Below, piece by piece: positions 40,175-49,025 of a DNA stretch of 64,000 nt. Position 1 is the stretch's first letter, and each line of letters begins with the position of its first letter. The notes below the pieces were generated by a model, which worked only from the letters and a program-made list of their open reading frames with translations, was not told the origin of the DNA and made no database searches. Position numbers and translations under genes: made by a program. The stretch lies in IMG/VR virus record IMGVR_UViG_3300010429_002600; one strand, given 5' to 3'. Source of the stretch: an uncultured virus (IMG/VR IMGVR_UViG_3300010429_002600) (Duplodnaviria > Heunggongvirae > Uroviricota > Caudoviricetes).

Positions 40175-40408
40175 ATGGAATTATCAAAAGCTGGGTTATA
40201 TCAAATAGCGAAGAGATTAAAGAAAAAAAGGGCAAAGTGGAGAACATGTAATTTAATTAAGGTTACGTTAGAAGTAACTTCCTGGAAGTTTTCTTTCTTT
40301 GGGACAATAGCATATTATATAACTGCTATTCCCGGGATATGGTTTAATATGTTGTCCATATTTTATCACTGTGGCTATGTTGGGGCCGGGAATTGGGGGA
40401 ATGATTAA
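40175..40408 (+). CDS. Small hydrophobic protein
   Basis: Paralog of 39302..39466. Confidence 0.5.
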   Translation: MELSKAGLYQIAKRLKKKRAKWRTCNLIKVTLEVTSWKFSFFGTIAYYITAIPGIWFNMLSIFYHCGYVGAGNWGND

Positions 40409-40882
40409 TATGTTAGCCTATAATCAATTTACTAGGCCTATATTTCATAAGGAGGGTGATAAATTATATATTAAAATTCCTCAGAATGAAACCGTAATAA
40501 GGGAGCACGGCGGAAAGAAGTTTTTAGATGTAGTCTGGCTAAATTTTGAATGTAAGATAATAAGGGAGTGGGAAGAATGATTCCTTATATATGCCGGGTG
40601 GTATTATCGAGGGCATATTTAGAGATAAGACAAACAGAGAGGTTTTTACAGATAGAGTCATATAAAGACGATAGATTAATGAGGATGAATTTATACGAGA
40701 TGTTATTATTACATCAGGTGAGGATTACAGGGTATCATTTAGCGTGTATGTATAAGGGATTGGAGGTAATGAGATGAAGGTCTGGAAGTGTTATTACTGT
40801 GACTGTTTGAATAGACAGGAGAGGGTTCAGTGTGTGGGATGTGGATTATTAAAGAAAACTTAGAAAGGAGGAGTGGTGTAAA

Positions 40883-41254
40883 ATGGGGAGAGTAGAGTTA
40901 TCTATAGATTATCATAAGGGTAAAAAGTATGTGGTTATTTCAGATCCCACAGGAGATTCTGTTAAGGATAAAATATTTTGCGAAAATTGTATGGAGGCAT
41001 CAAGTGTTTTAAGTAGTTTGATAGAAACTTCGGATTTAAGACATATTGTATGTTGTTCCTGGGAACTTGTTCCTTTAGTAGAAACTCTTTTTTTTAAATT
41101 CAAAACGACAATACTCCTTACGGATAAAGAAGGGAGAATATTTCAGCACCAATACTCTACGGGTAAAAATAAATTCATGAGAGAGAAGAAGGGTAAAGAT
41201 CGGACTGTATTAAAAGGTAGGCGATGGAATCTTGAAATATTCAAGGAAACTTAG
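40883..41254 (+). CDS. Hypothetical protein
   Basis: AGGAGG RBS. Confidence 0.55.
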   Translation: MGRVELSIDYHKGKKYVVISDPTGDSVKDKIFCENCMEASSVLSSLIETSDLRHIVCCSWELVPLVETLFFKFKTTILLTDKEGRIFQHQYSTGKNKFMREKKGKDRTVLKGRRWNLEIFKET

Positions 41255-41270
41255 AAAGGAGGGCGTTAGT

Positions 41271-41840
41271 TTGGAGTATATCTTTAAAATGGTCCCGGAA
41301 GTAAAGCTTGTGCATATAACCCCGGAGCCGGAGAAATATATAGCACAGGCAGGGGCAAAATGTTACAGGTCAAAACCAAAAAACTATGATAAGTTTGTGA
41401 GGGCCAGGGTGAAAGATAAACACTATTCTCTTGGCCGTCATGTTATAGCCATGTTTGAGGTGTGGTGCTCAAGGGCGTGTTCTATGCAGTTATTGAGGAG
41501 TAAGTTTATAGAGCCACATCAGGAGAGTCAGAGGTATGTAAAGGCAAATCCTGTATTCCATATTCCTCCGAAAACAACAGAGTTTCAGAAGAGGGGTATG
41601 GAGATGGCCTATAATATGTATGAAAAGGCTATTTTAGTGGGATTAAATAAGGAGGATGCCCGTTATTCTCTTCCTGAGAGTACGGAAACATCTCTGGTAT
41701 TGTCCGGTAACTTTCAGGGATGGAGGGATTTTATTAAATTAAGGGATATAGATGCAGCACAGAGGGAGATAAGACTGATAGCTCTGGAAGTAAAGGATAT
41801 TTTAAAGAAAGAGGCGGAGGCGTTTTTCTATGACATATAA
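41271..41840 (+). CDS. thyX: FAD-dependent thymidylate synthase ThyX-like (variant motif)
   Basis: 'CYRS', 'H.S', 'SRACSMQLLR', 'QESQRYV', 'KEDARYSLP', 'AQREIR'. Confidence 0.8.
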   Translation: MEYIFKMVPEVKLVHITPEPEKYIAQAGAKCYRSKPKNYDKFVRARVKDKHYSLGRHVIAMFEVWCSRACSMQLLRSKFIEPHQESQRYVKANPVFHIPPKTTEFQKRGMEMAYNMYEKAILVGLNKEDARYSLPESTETSLVLSGNFQGWRDFIKLRDIDAAQREIRLIALEVKDILKKEAEAFFYDI

Positions 41841-42033
41841 GGACATAATCCAGAACAGGGAGCAGGTTTTAGGGAAAAAGACTATGGAAGAGAGGATGAA
41901 ATCAATCCAGGTGGTTTTAGAGGGAATCCTGGATGGTTTAAAGCACAGGAATATAAATGATGCGGAGTATTTCCGCTTAATGGGGTTTGTAAAAGAAATA
42001 GGAGGAGACAGTATAGAAGATGAGCCTGCCTAA
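41830..42033 (+). CDS. Hypothetical protein
   Basis: Coupled ORF with GGAGG. Confidence 0.5.
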   Translation: MTYKDIIQNREQVLGKKTMEERMKSIQVVLEGILDGLKHRNINDAEYFRLMGFVKEIGGDSIEDEPA

Positions 42034-42207
42034 AGAGTTTGATTATATTAAACAGGGCCATGTGGAACTATATCAGAGGTTAGAATTTTTAACTGTAGAG
42101 ACAAAAACCTCTGAGGGGTATTACTTTGAAATCCCTTATTTAGGGCTGAAACTGTTCTCGAAGACTGAGATAAGGAGGGAGTAATTAAAAATAAATAAAA
42201 TACCCCC

Positions 42208-42236
42208 TTGACAACCCCTGGGAGACGTGGTAATAT
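42208..42236 (+). promoter_or_regulatory. Promoter of the nucleotide-sugar operon
   Basis: TTGACA-17-TAATAT; shares CTGGGAGAC with the 34590 promoter. Confidence 0.7.
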
Positions 42237-42242
42237 TATGGT

Positions 42243-42347
42243 GTCAGTTCAAGTCCTCTCTTCCCGATTAGTATAACCCCTGCTGGCTCCGGTCAGTGGA
42301 GATGGTTATATATAGTGCTGTTCTAAGGGGTTCAGCACTATTTTTTT
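42243..42347 (+). ncRNA. Structured leader/attenuator or sRNA ending in an intrinsic terminator
   Basis: Hairpin tataacc...ggttata (42272-42310), then atagtgctg/cagcactat stem and T tract. Confidence 0.45.
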
Positions 42348-42359
42348 AAGGGGGTTTAT

Positions 42360-42545
42360 ATGTATAAAGATAGAGATCCCATGACGGGTCAATTTCGACA
42401 GAAGGGGGAACTTCCTCTCACCCGAAAGGTCAGTGTAAGGGTGTCTGAGGAGGTTTATTCGTATTTCAGGGAGAAGGTTCATTCGGAGGGAAAGCTAATG
42501 TCAGAGAAGGTCACTGAGTGGATTGGAGGTTATTTGTATGGGTAA
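42360..42545 (+). CDS. RHH-like regulator
   Basis: 'RKVSVRVSEEVY..FREK...EGKLMSEKV'. Confidence 0.6.
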   Translation: MYKDRDPMTGQFRQKGELPLTRKVSVRVSEEVYSYFREKVHSEGKLMSEKVTEWIGGYLYG

Positions 42546-43491
42546 GAAAATCATAGTTACCGGATCTGCCGGGTTTATCGGGTATCATTTAACAAGTCTT
42601 CTGTTAAGCCAAGGCCATGAGGTTACAGGAATAGATGATTTGAGGAATAACGGGGAAATAGCGAAAGAAAGGTTGTCTCTTTTGAAGAGACATAAAAACT
42701 ATCATCATATCCCTGAGAAAAGGGGAAACTATATATTACTATCTTCTCATAGAATTTTCGGAGAAGCAGAATCCCTTATTCACCTTGCCGCTTATCCCGG
42801 TGTGAGGGGTTCATATACTCCAGAAGAATATATGCAGAATAATGTTATGGAAACAATTAATCTGTTTGATTTGTGTAAAGATTTTGACATTAAAAACATC
42901 CTCTTTGCCTCCTCTTCCTCTGTTTATGGAGATTCAATGTTCCAGAGTAAAGAATCTTCCCCTCTGGCCCCAAAGAGTTTTTATGCCCTTACAAAACAAA
43001 TAGGAGAGTCTATAGCACAGCATTACTGTAAAACCTATGGCTTAAATATCACCGCCTTTAGATTTTTTACTGTTTATGGTCACTGGGGCCGTCCTGATAT
43101 GGCTCCGTATATATTTACAGAGGCAATATTAAATAATCAGCCTGTTAAATTATATGGATATGGACAGGCAAGAAGAGATTATACCTATATTGACGATCTT
43201 ATTTCCGGTATTGATTTAATCATTAAAAACCAGAAACCAGGGTTTGATGTATTCAATATAGGCTCCGAGTTCCCTGTGTCAAACAGGATTGTGGCGGATA
43301 TGATAGCAGACATTCTTGATACTGACTATGCCTTTGACTTATTACCGCTTTGCCCGGGAGAGGTAGAGACAACATATGCTGATATTTTAAAGATTAAAGA
43401 ATTAGGATATTCACCCAAAACCTCAATAAGAGGGGGTTTGAAGAAGTATGTAAACTGGCATAAAGAATATTACGGGAGGGAGAAGAAATGA
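42538..43491 (+). CDS. NAD-dependent epimerase, UDP-glucuronate 4-epimerase-like
   Basis: 'TGSAGFIGYH', 'ASSSSVYG', 'YALTK', 'FRFFTVYGHWGRPDMA'. Confidence 0.85.
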   Translation: MGKKIIVTGSAGFIGYHLTSLLLSQGHEVTGIDDLRNNGEIAKERLSLLKRHKNYHHIPEKRGNYILLSSHRIFGEAESLIHLAAYPGVRGSYTPEEYMQNNVMETINLFDLCKDFDIKNILFASSSSVYGDSMFQSKESSPLAPKSFYALTKQIGESIAQHYCKTYGLNITAFRFFTVYGHWGRPDMAPYIFTEAILNNQPVKLYGYGQARRDYTYIDDLISGIDLIIKNQKPGFDVFNIGSEFPVSNRIVADMIADILDTDYAFDLLPLCPGEVETTYADILKIKELGYSPKTSIRGGLKKYVNWHKEYYGREKK

Positions 43492-43691
43492 AAGTAGGAA
43501 GTTTATGGATTATTTTAGGCAGAGGAGATAATAAATTTTATGACGATGCTGTTTATACCTCAAAAGAGATGGCAGAGGCAAATGTAGTCCCTTTAGAGAA
43601 TGAACATTGTGCAGGAATGTATGTAAAGGGAATAGATGTTTTAAATCCAGACATAGTATATTGTGAGAACTGGGAAAGGGGGAGAGAATGA
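43488..43691 (+). CDS. Hypothetical protein
   Basis: ATGA-coupled on both sides. Confidence 0.55.
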   Translation: MKVGSLWIILGRGDNKFYDDAVYTSKEMAEANVVPLENEHCAGMYVKGIDVLNPDIVYCENWERGRE

Positions 43692-44656
43692 AACTATCAG
43701 GAAAGAAAGTTCTTGTCACAGGAGCCGGAGGGTTTATAGGATCTCATCTGACAGAGGCATTGGTGAAGGAGGGATGTGATGTTAAAGCCTTTATCCGGTA
43801 TTCGTCAAGGGGACATAAGGGATGGCTGGAAGGGAATAAAGACGTAGAGTTTTTCCTGGGAGATATAAGAGATCCACATGGAGTAAAAGAGGCTGTAAAG
43901 GGCTGTGATGTAATATTTCACTTAGCAGCCCTAATAGGCATCCCGTTTTCGTATCATTCTCCAGATAGTTATGTGGACACAAATGTAAAAGGCACATTGA
44001 ATGTTCTTCAGGCTGCCAGAGATGTTGAAGTGGAGAAGGTTTTAATCACCTCCACCTCTGAGGTCTACGGTACAGCCCTCTACACGCCTATGGATGAAAA
44101 ACATCCTCTTCAGGGGCAATCTCCCTACTCTGCGACAAAGATAGCGGCAGATAAACTGGCAGAGGCCTTCTACAGGTCTTTTGATTTACCCGTGTCTACT
44201 GTGAGGCCATTTAACACATATGGTCCGAGGCAATCAATGAGGGCTGTAATTCCGACAATAATTATGCAGTCTTTATCGAGGACGAAAGAAATCCACATAG
44301 GAAATCTGGAAGCAAAAAGGGATTTTGTTTATGTGGATGATACCGTCTCAGGGTTTATAGAGATTGCGAAATCAGATTTAACAGTGGGAGAAGAGATTAA
44401 TATTGCTACAGGGGCGGCTACGTCTATTACTGAACTCTTACTCACCATTCCCCATTGCAAAGAAATCAAAGTAGATGATATTCGAATAAGGCCTGGCAAA
44501 TCAGAGGTTAGCAAATTATGTGGGGATTCCCGTAAACTCCATACCCTTACAGGCTGGAGGCAGAAACATACTTTAAGGGGCGGTCTTTTTCAAACTAAAA
44601 ACTGGTTTACGCTAAACAAACATTTATATAAAGATTCGGAGGTGTACCATATATGA
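43688..44656 (+). CDS. NDP-sugar 4,6-dehydratase, LegB-like
   Basis: 'TGAGGFIGSH', 'AALIGIPFSY', 'TSTSEVYG', 'QSPYSATK', 'RPFNTYGPRQS'. Confidence 0.85.
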   Translation: MKLSGKKVLVTGAGGFIGSHLTEALVKEGCDVKAFIRYSSRGHKGWLEGNKDVEFFLGDIRDPHGVKEAVKGCDVIFHLAALIGIPFSYHSPDSYVDTNVKGTLNVLQAARDVEVEKVLITSTSEVYGTALYTPMDEKHPLQGQSPYSATKIAADKLAEAFYRSFDLPVSTVRPFNTYGPRQSMRAVIPTIIMQSLSRTKEIHIGNLEAKRDFVYVDDTVSGFIEIAKSDLTVGEEINIATGAATSITELLLTIPHCKEIKVDDIRIRPGKSEVSKLCGDSRKLHTLTGWRQKHTLRGGLFQTKNWFTLNKHLYKDSEVYHI

Positions 44657-45345
44657 GAGCAGTTATATTAGCCGGTGGAAAAGGAACAAGGTTAAAACCA
44701 TATACTACTACAATACCAAAACCACTGATGCCCGTAGGAGAGCAGGCAGTGCTGGAAATAATTATTAAACAACTGGCACAGTATGACTTTATAAACATCA
44801 CCCTTGCGGTGAGTCATAAAGCTAATTTAATACAGGCCTTTTGCGGAAATGGTGAGGCATGGGATGTTGACATAGACTACTCTTTTGATGAAAACCAATT
44901 AGGCACAGTGGGACCTATTACATTAATCCCGGATCTCCCTGAGAACTTTCTTGTAATGAATGGTGATACTCTCTGTGATTTGAATTACAAGTCACTGTAT
45001 GAGTATCACAGACTTAAGGATAATGATGTAACACTGGCAGTTTATGACAGAAAAACAAAGATTGATTTTGGAGTAGTTTGTCACGACATTCATTACAGAT
45101 TAAGAGAGTTTGTGGAAAAACCCGTATATGATTTCACTGTTTGTATGGGTATTTACTGCATAAAAAGGGCTGTTATTGACTCTCTTCCTAAAGGTAAGTT
45201 TTATGGATTTGATGACCTGATGCTGGAGGGTATCAGAAAAAAATTAAAGATAGAGGTTTTCCGTCATCAGGGCCATTGGCTCGACATAGGCAGACCGGAG
45301 GATTATGATTATGCGAATTTAAACTATAAGGAGATGGGGTTATGA
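44653..45345 (+). CDS. Sugar-1-phosphate nucleotidyltransferase
   Basis: 'ILAGGKGTRLKPYT..IPKPL', 'VMNGD', 'EKP', 'WLDIGRPEDY'. Confidence 0.9.
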   Translation: MRAVILAGGKGTRLKPYTTTIPKPLMPVGEQAVLEIIIKQLAQYDFINITLAVSHKANLIQAFCGNGEAWDVDIDYSFDENQLGTVGPITLIPDLPENFLVMNGDTLCDLNYKSLYEYHRLKDNDVTLAVYDRKTKIDFGVVCHDIHYRLREFVEKPVYDFTVCMGIYCIKRAVIDSLPKGKFYGFDDLMLEGIRKKLKIEVFRHQGHWLDIGRPEDYDYANLNYKEMGL

Positions 45346-46217
45346 AAATCTTAGTAACAAACTCAGGCGGTTTCACAGGGAAATATTTAGTCCCTTATTT
45401 ACAACGAAATCCAGAAAATACAGTTATTCCTTATGATGGTGATTGTATAGAGGAATTAGAAGAGGTTATTTCCTCAGAATGTCCGAAAGAGATATATCAT
45501 TTAAGGGGGTCCTTTACAGATTGCTATGCAATCGACCATGTTAATAACGTATTAGCCACATATGATATATTAAGATTAGCCCGGGATTATTCTGCCAGAG
45601 TTCTTCTTATAGGATCTGCTGCTGAATACGGGAATACTCCATCCCCTATTAAAGAAACAGATCCTTTAAATCCATCCTCTGTGTATGGTCTGACAAAGGT
45701 TATGCAGTCACAAATAATGCAGTTTGCCTTTAAGGAATGGTATGTGGATGTTGTTATGGCAAGGACCTTTAATCTCTATGGAAAGGGAATTTCACCAACC
45801 CTTTTTGTAGGATCTTTATATAGCCAGATAACAGAACTGAAAGAGGGCAGGCGAGATAAAATAATTCTCGAAAACCTGGAGGCATATAGAGACTATCTTC
45901 ATATTGAAGGAGCAATACAATTATATGAGATGATTATGACTTTCGGGGAACCGGGAGAAATTTATAATGTCGGATCTGGATATCCTACGAAAGTTTATGA
46001 TATTATGGTAAAGATCCTGAAGGAAGAAAACATCCCCCTTGATGTAGTAAAACAGGATTTAAGAGTTTGTCATAGAAAGAATGAACCAAGACAGATATAT
46101 GCAGATATTTCAAAAATAAACACCCTGAGACTGAGGGCGGAAATACGTGCCCTGAAGAAAACTATAAAAGAATTAAACAGTGGGAGGAATGAAGGTGTTA
46201 ATGGACAGTCCTTTTAA
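45342..46217 (+). CDS. Extended SDR, GDP-4-keto-6-deoxyhexose reductase (RMD)-like
   Basis: 'TNSGGFTG', 'IGSAAEYG', 'YGLTK', 'ARTFNLYG', 'GEIYNVGSG'. Confidence 0.8.
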   Translation: MKILVTNSGGFTGKYLVPYLQRNPENTVIPYDGDCIEELEEVISSECPKEIYHLRGSFTDCYAIDHVNNVLATYDILRLARDYSARVLLIGSAAEYGNTPSPIKETDPLNPSSVYGLTKVMQSQIMQFAFKEWYVDVVMARTFNLYGKGISPTLFVGSLYSQITELKEGRRDKIILENLEAYRDYLHIEGAIQLYEMIMTFGEPGEIYNVGSGYPTKVYDIMVKILKEENIPLDVVKQDLRVCHRKNEPRQIYADISKINTLRLRAEIRALKKTIKELNSGRNEGVNGQSF

Positions 46218-46395
46218 TGAATACTGGGAAAGACAGGCTATAATACGAATTAATGATGCTCTGGAATTAGTTCCGGGAGATACTCTGGAAGGTGTTCCGG
46301 ATGATAAAATTCCAGGCATTAAAGAAGTATTGGAACGTCATGGTATGACTATAAAAGAAATAGAGGGGGTGAATACTGTCGTGTGGATCGAATAA
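46191..46395 (+). CDS. Hypothetical protein (start approximate)
   Basis: Short ORF overlapping the SDR end. Confidence 0.4.
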
Positions 46396-46423
46396 GCGAA
46401 TTTTTTCTTTAGTCAACTTTTTC

Positions 46424-46451
46424 AGACCGTTTTTACGGTCTTTTTATTTTT
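46424..46451 (+). terminator. Intrinsic terminator
   Basis: agaccgt-tttt-acggtct followed by a T tract. Confidence 0.65.
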
Positions 46452-46487
46452 ATAAATTTATGATAATATATTTTCGGAGGTGTTTGT

Positions 46488-47255
46488 ATGAGGGATGATA
46501 AAAAGTTTTATATGGAACAAACTGTTAGCATAAAGACAAAGTTGACTGAAGATGACCTGTTTATTGCAAAAAAAGAGTATGAAAGGGGCAAATCTCTTCA
46601 GTGGATAGAAGATAAGTATAAGTTTTCAAGGGCTGTTGTCGGAAGGGCTGCTATGTCCAGAGGTTGGAAAGGCAGAGAAGAATTAAAAAGAGAATTGTTT
46701 AATACAGCAATAGAAATTCCTCAAGGCCTTGAACTTCCTACAAACCATCAAATAGTCCTTCAAAACCTGACTATTACAGACAGGTGGCTGAATATGCTCC
46801 TGATGATGGCAGATGAAATGGAGTTTGACTGTATAAAGGTTGCCATGGGCTATGAAGAAGAACAGGAAATTCGAAGTAAAATGGGTAATGTTAAAGGAAC
46901 AAAGATTGGACAGGTGGAAATGAACCCTGCAAAATATGGGTTTAAGTCTATGGGCGAGTTTGGAGATACCCTCATGAAAGCACTGGATAAGAGATATACA
47001 TTTGCACAAGAACTTCCTGATCTCGTAAAATCACAGGATCTTCAAAGTGATATTGAAAGAGTGGCAAAGAAATTACAAATGGAGGAATTAAAGGCATATC
47101 AAAGATCAGAAGTCCCCGGTGATGGTGTTGTTTATATGGAAAGAACAGCAGAGGAAGAGCAGGAATTACGGAGACTACAAAGAGAAATAGAGGAAAAAGG
47201 GAATACACAACAGACACAGAAATTAGCGGATAGACCGAAATTAAAGATAGTCTAG
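46488..47255 (+). CDS. Putative terminase small subunit
   Basis: N-terminal HTH 'KKEYERGKSLQWIEDKYKFSRAVV..AA...GW', helical body, upstream of TerL. Confidence 0.55.
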   Translation: MRDDKKFYMEQTVSIKTKLTEDDLFIAKKEYERGKSLQWIEDKYKFSRAVVGRAAMSRGWKGREELKRELFNTAIEIPQGLELPTNHQIVLQNLTITDRWLNMLLMMADEMEFDCIKVAMGYEEEQEIRSKMGNVKGTKIGQVEMNPAKYGFKSMGEFGDTLMKALDKRYTFAQELPDLVKSQDLQSDIERVAKKLQMEELKAYQRSEVPGDGVVYMERTAEEEQELRRLQREIEEKGNTQQTQKLADRPKLKIV

Positions 47256-47343
47256 AAATGTTTAGAGGCTGTCACCGCTAACAGCCTCCGGGAGAATCAT
47301 TTTTTATGGAAGAGAAAGGGTAATGATTTTAACTGTAATAAAT

Positions 47344-47372
47344 ATTATACGGAGAAAAACAAAAGAGGTCAA
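47344..47372 (-). promoter_or_regulatory. Leftward promoter (antisense to the putative terS)
   Basis: TTGACC-17-TATAAT. Confidence 0.65.
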
Positions 47373-47389
47373 TATGTATGTATATACAC

Positions 47390-47418
47390 TTGACACCTTA
47401 TTCTTTTTTGAATATTAT
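47390..47418 (+). promoter_or_regulatory. Rightward promoter of the packaging/head operon
   Basis: TTGACA-17-TATTAT, flanked by ATATGTATGTA repeats. Confidence 0.7.
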
Positions 47419-47546
47419 ATGTATGTAGGTATGTATTTACCTAACATATTTTAAATAACATTTATTCATCTACGAAGAAGGTCCACACAAGCCAGTTTCG
47501 TAGAAATCACCCCTTGGATGGGGTAATTTTTTAAGGGTGGTGAAAT

Positions 47547-47741
47547 ATGCCGAAAAAAGAAGATGTTCCCGTCCAGATAAATTTAACCCTCCCTTTCTCA
47601 TGGAGGGATAAACTCCTTGAGATTGCAGATGAGAGGTTTTCTGGAAAAGATATCAGGGCAGATGGGAAGAGAAAGACATATCAGGATCTTATCAGGGAGG
47701 CAATAGATAAAGAATATGCTCTTTCACGAAAAAATGGTTGA
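47547..47741 (+). CDS. RHH-like regulator
   Basis: 'VQINLTLP..WRDKL..IA...TYQDLIREAIDKEY'. Confidence 0.6.
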   Translation: MPKKEDVPVQINLTLPFSWRDKLLEIADERFSGKDIRADGKRKTYQDLIREAIDKEYALSRKNG

Positions 47742-47806
47742 TCTCTGGGTAAAACATAAAAAACTGGTTGGTCAGGAAATAAAAACTTATCCGAAAGGAG
47801 AGGAAA

Positions 47807-48802
47807 ATGGAAGAAATAGGGAACGAAACAAAAAGAGCAATACGAAGACTGCTCGACGACATACCCAAAACAAAGGGTCTGGTCGTGGGAGACATAATGC
47901 TCGATGAGTATTACAAAGGAAAAACAAAAGGTGTTTCTCCTGAGTTTCCAGTGCCGCTTCTGGAAATGGATGAGGTTCATTATGAACTCGGTGGAGCCTC
48001 AAATGTTGCCCATAAACTCAAGTGTTTAGGGCTAAAAGATGTTATGCTTATAGGGACTGTTGGAGTTGATATGTTTGCGGATAAATTGAGGTTTATGTTT
48101 TCAAATGAGAATATAGCCTATTTTGACTTTACCTATCCCGGAAGCACTACTAGAAAAATAAGAATAGTGCAAGATGGGAAACACATTTGCAGAGTGGACA
48201 GAGACGCTTGTGTATCAGCCCACAGAGGAGAAACAGAAGACAGAATAGTGGAGTTCCTCACGGGAATACTCTCGACAAATGATGAGATAGACTTTATAAT
48301 AGTGAGTGATTATGGAAAAGGAGTGGTGTCAGAGAGGTTATGTAAGACAATCTCTGATTATAAGAAAGATCATGTGAAGGTTATTCTGGACCCGAAACCT
48401 TGTAATAGAAAAGTCTATAAATTCCTGGACTTTGACGTTATCACCCCGAATAGAGAAGAGGCCAGACAGTTACTTCAGAAATCTGTTGGTATTGCCGATG
48501 GCCTTGTTAAAGGAGTATATAGTCTCTATGATGCCCCTTGTGTTTTAACTTGTGGTGATGAGGGTTACGCTCTTTTTTATGGTGGAAGTCGTATCAGATG
48601 GGGAAAAGCACTGGAGCAGAATGTTAAAGACGTTTGCGGAGCAGGAGACATTTTCAATGCTATTTTAGGAATATGTCTGGCTAATGGCGAGTGTCTTGAA
48701 ACAGCCTGTTCTGTGGCAAATGTGGCAGCAGCACTCTCTATTACACAGGAAGGAACTGGAAAGGTAACAAAAGATATGTTAAGGAGGATTATTCGTGAAT
48801 AA
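47807..48802 (+). CDS. hldE: HldE/RfaE-type heptose-7-phosphate kinase domain (PfkB family)
   Basis: 'VVGDIMLDEY', 'SPEFPVP', 'LGGASNVA', 'SDYGKG', 'TPNREEA', 'DVCGAGD'; kinase domain only. Confidence 0.85.
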   Translation: MEEIGNETKRAIRRLLDDIPKTKGLVVGDIMLDEYYKGKTKGVSPEFPVPLLEMDEVHYELGGASNVAHKLKCLGLKDVMLIGTVGVDMFADKLRFMFSNENIAYFDFTYPGSTTRKIRIVQDGKHICRVDRDACVSAHRGETEDRIVEFLTGILSTNDEIDFIIVSDYGKGVVSERLCKTISDYKKDHVKVILDPKPCNRKVYKFLDFDVITPNREEARQLLQKSVGIADGLVKGVYSLYDAPCVLTCGDEGYALFYGGSRIRWGKALEQNVKDVCGAGDIFNAILGICLANGECLETACSVANVAAALSITQEGTGKVTKDMLRRIIRE

Positions 48803-49025
48803 AGCAGATAAGCAAATCATAGAAGCATTTAATACCCGGTGTTTTCTAAATCATTTTAACCCATGTATTAAAGAAAAGTGTATGGCATGGAATGGAAAAG
48901 ATGATTGCCGTCTTGTTAAACAGGAAATGAAAATAGATCCGGGTGTTTTATTTATTTTGGAAAAAAGATTAGCCGCAATTGAGGAGGCACTATGTCCTAC
49001 TGGAAATTCGGAGAAAAAGAAGTAA
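48795..49025 (+). CDS. Small Cys-rich protein
   Basis: 'CIKEKCMAW...C'. Confidence 0.55.
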   Translation: MNKADKQIIEAFNTRCFLNHFNPCIKEKCMAWNGKDDCRLVKQEMKIDPGVLFILEKRLAAIEEALCPTGNSEKKK

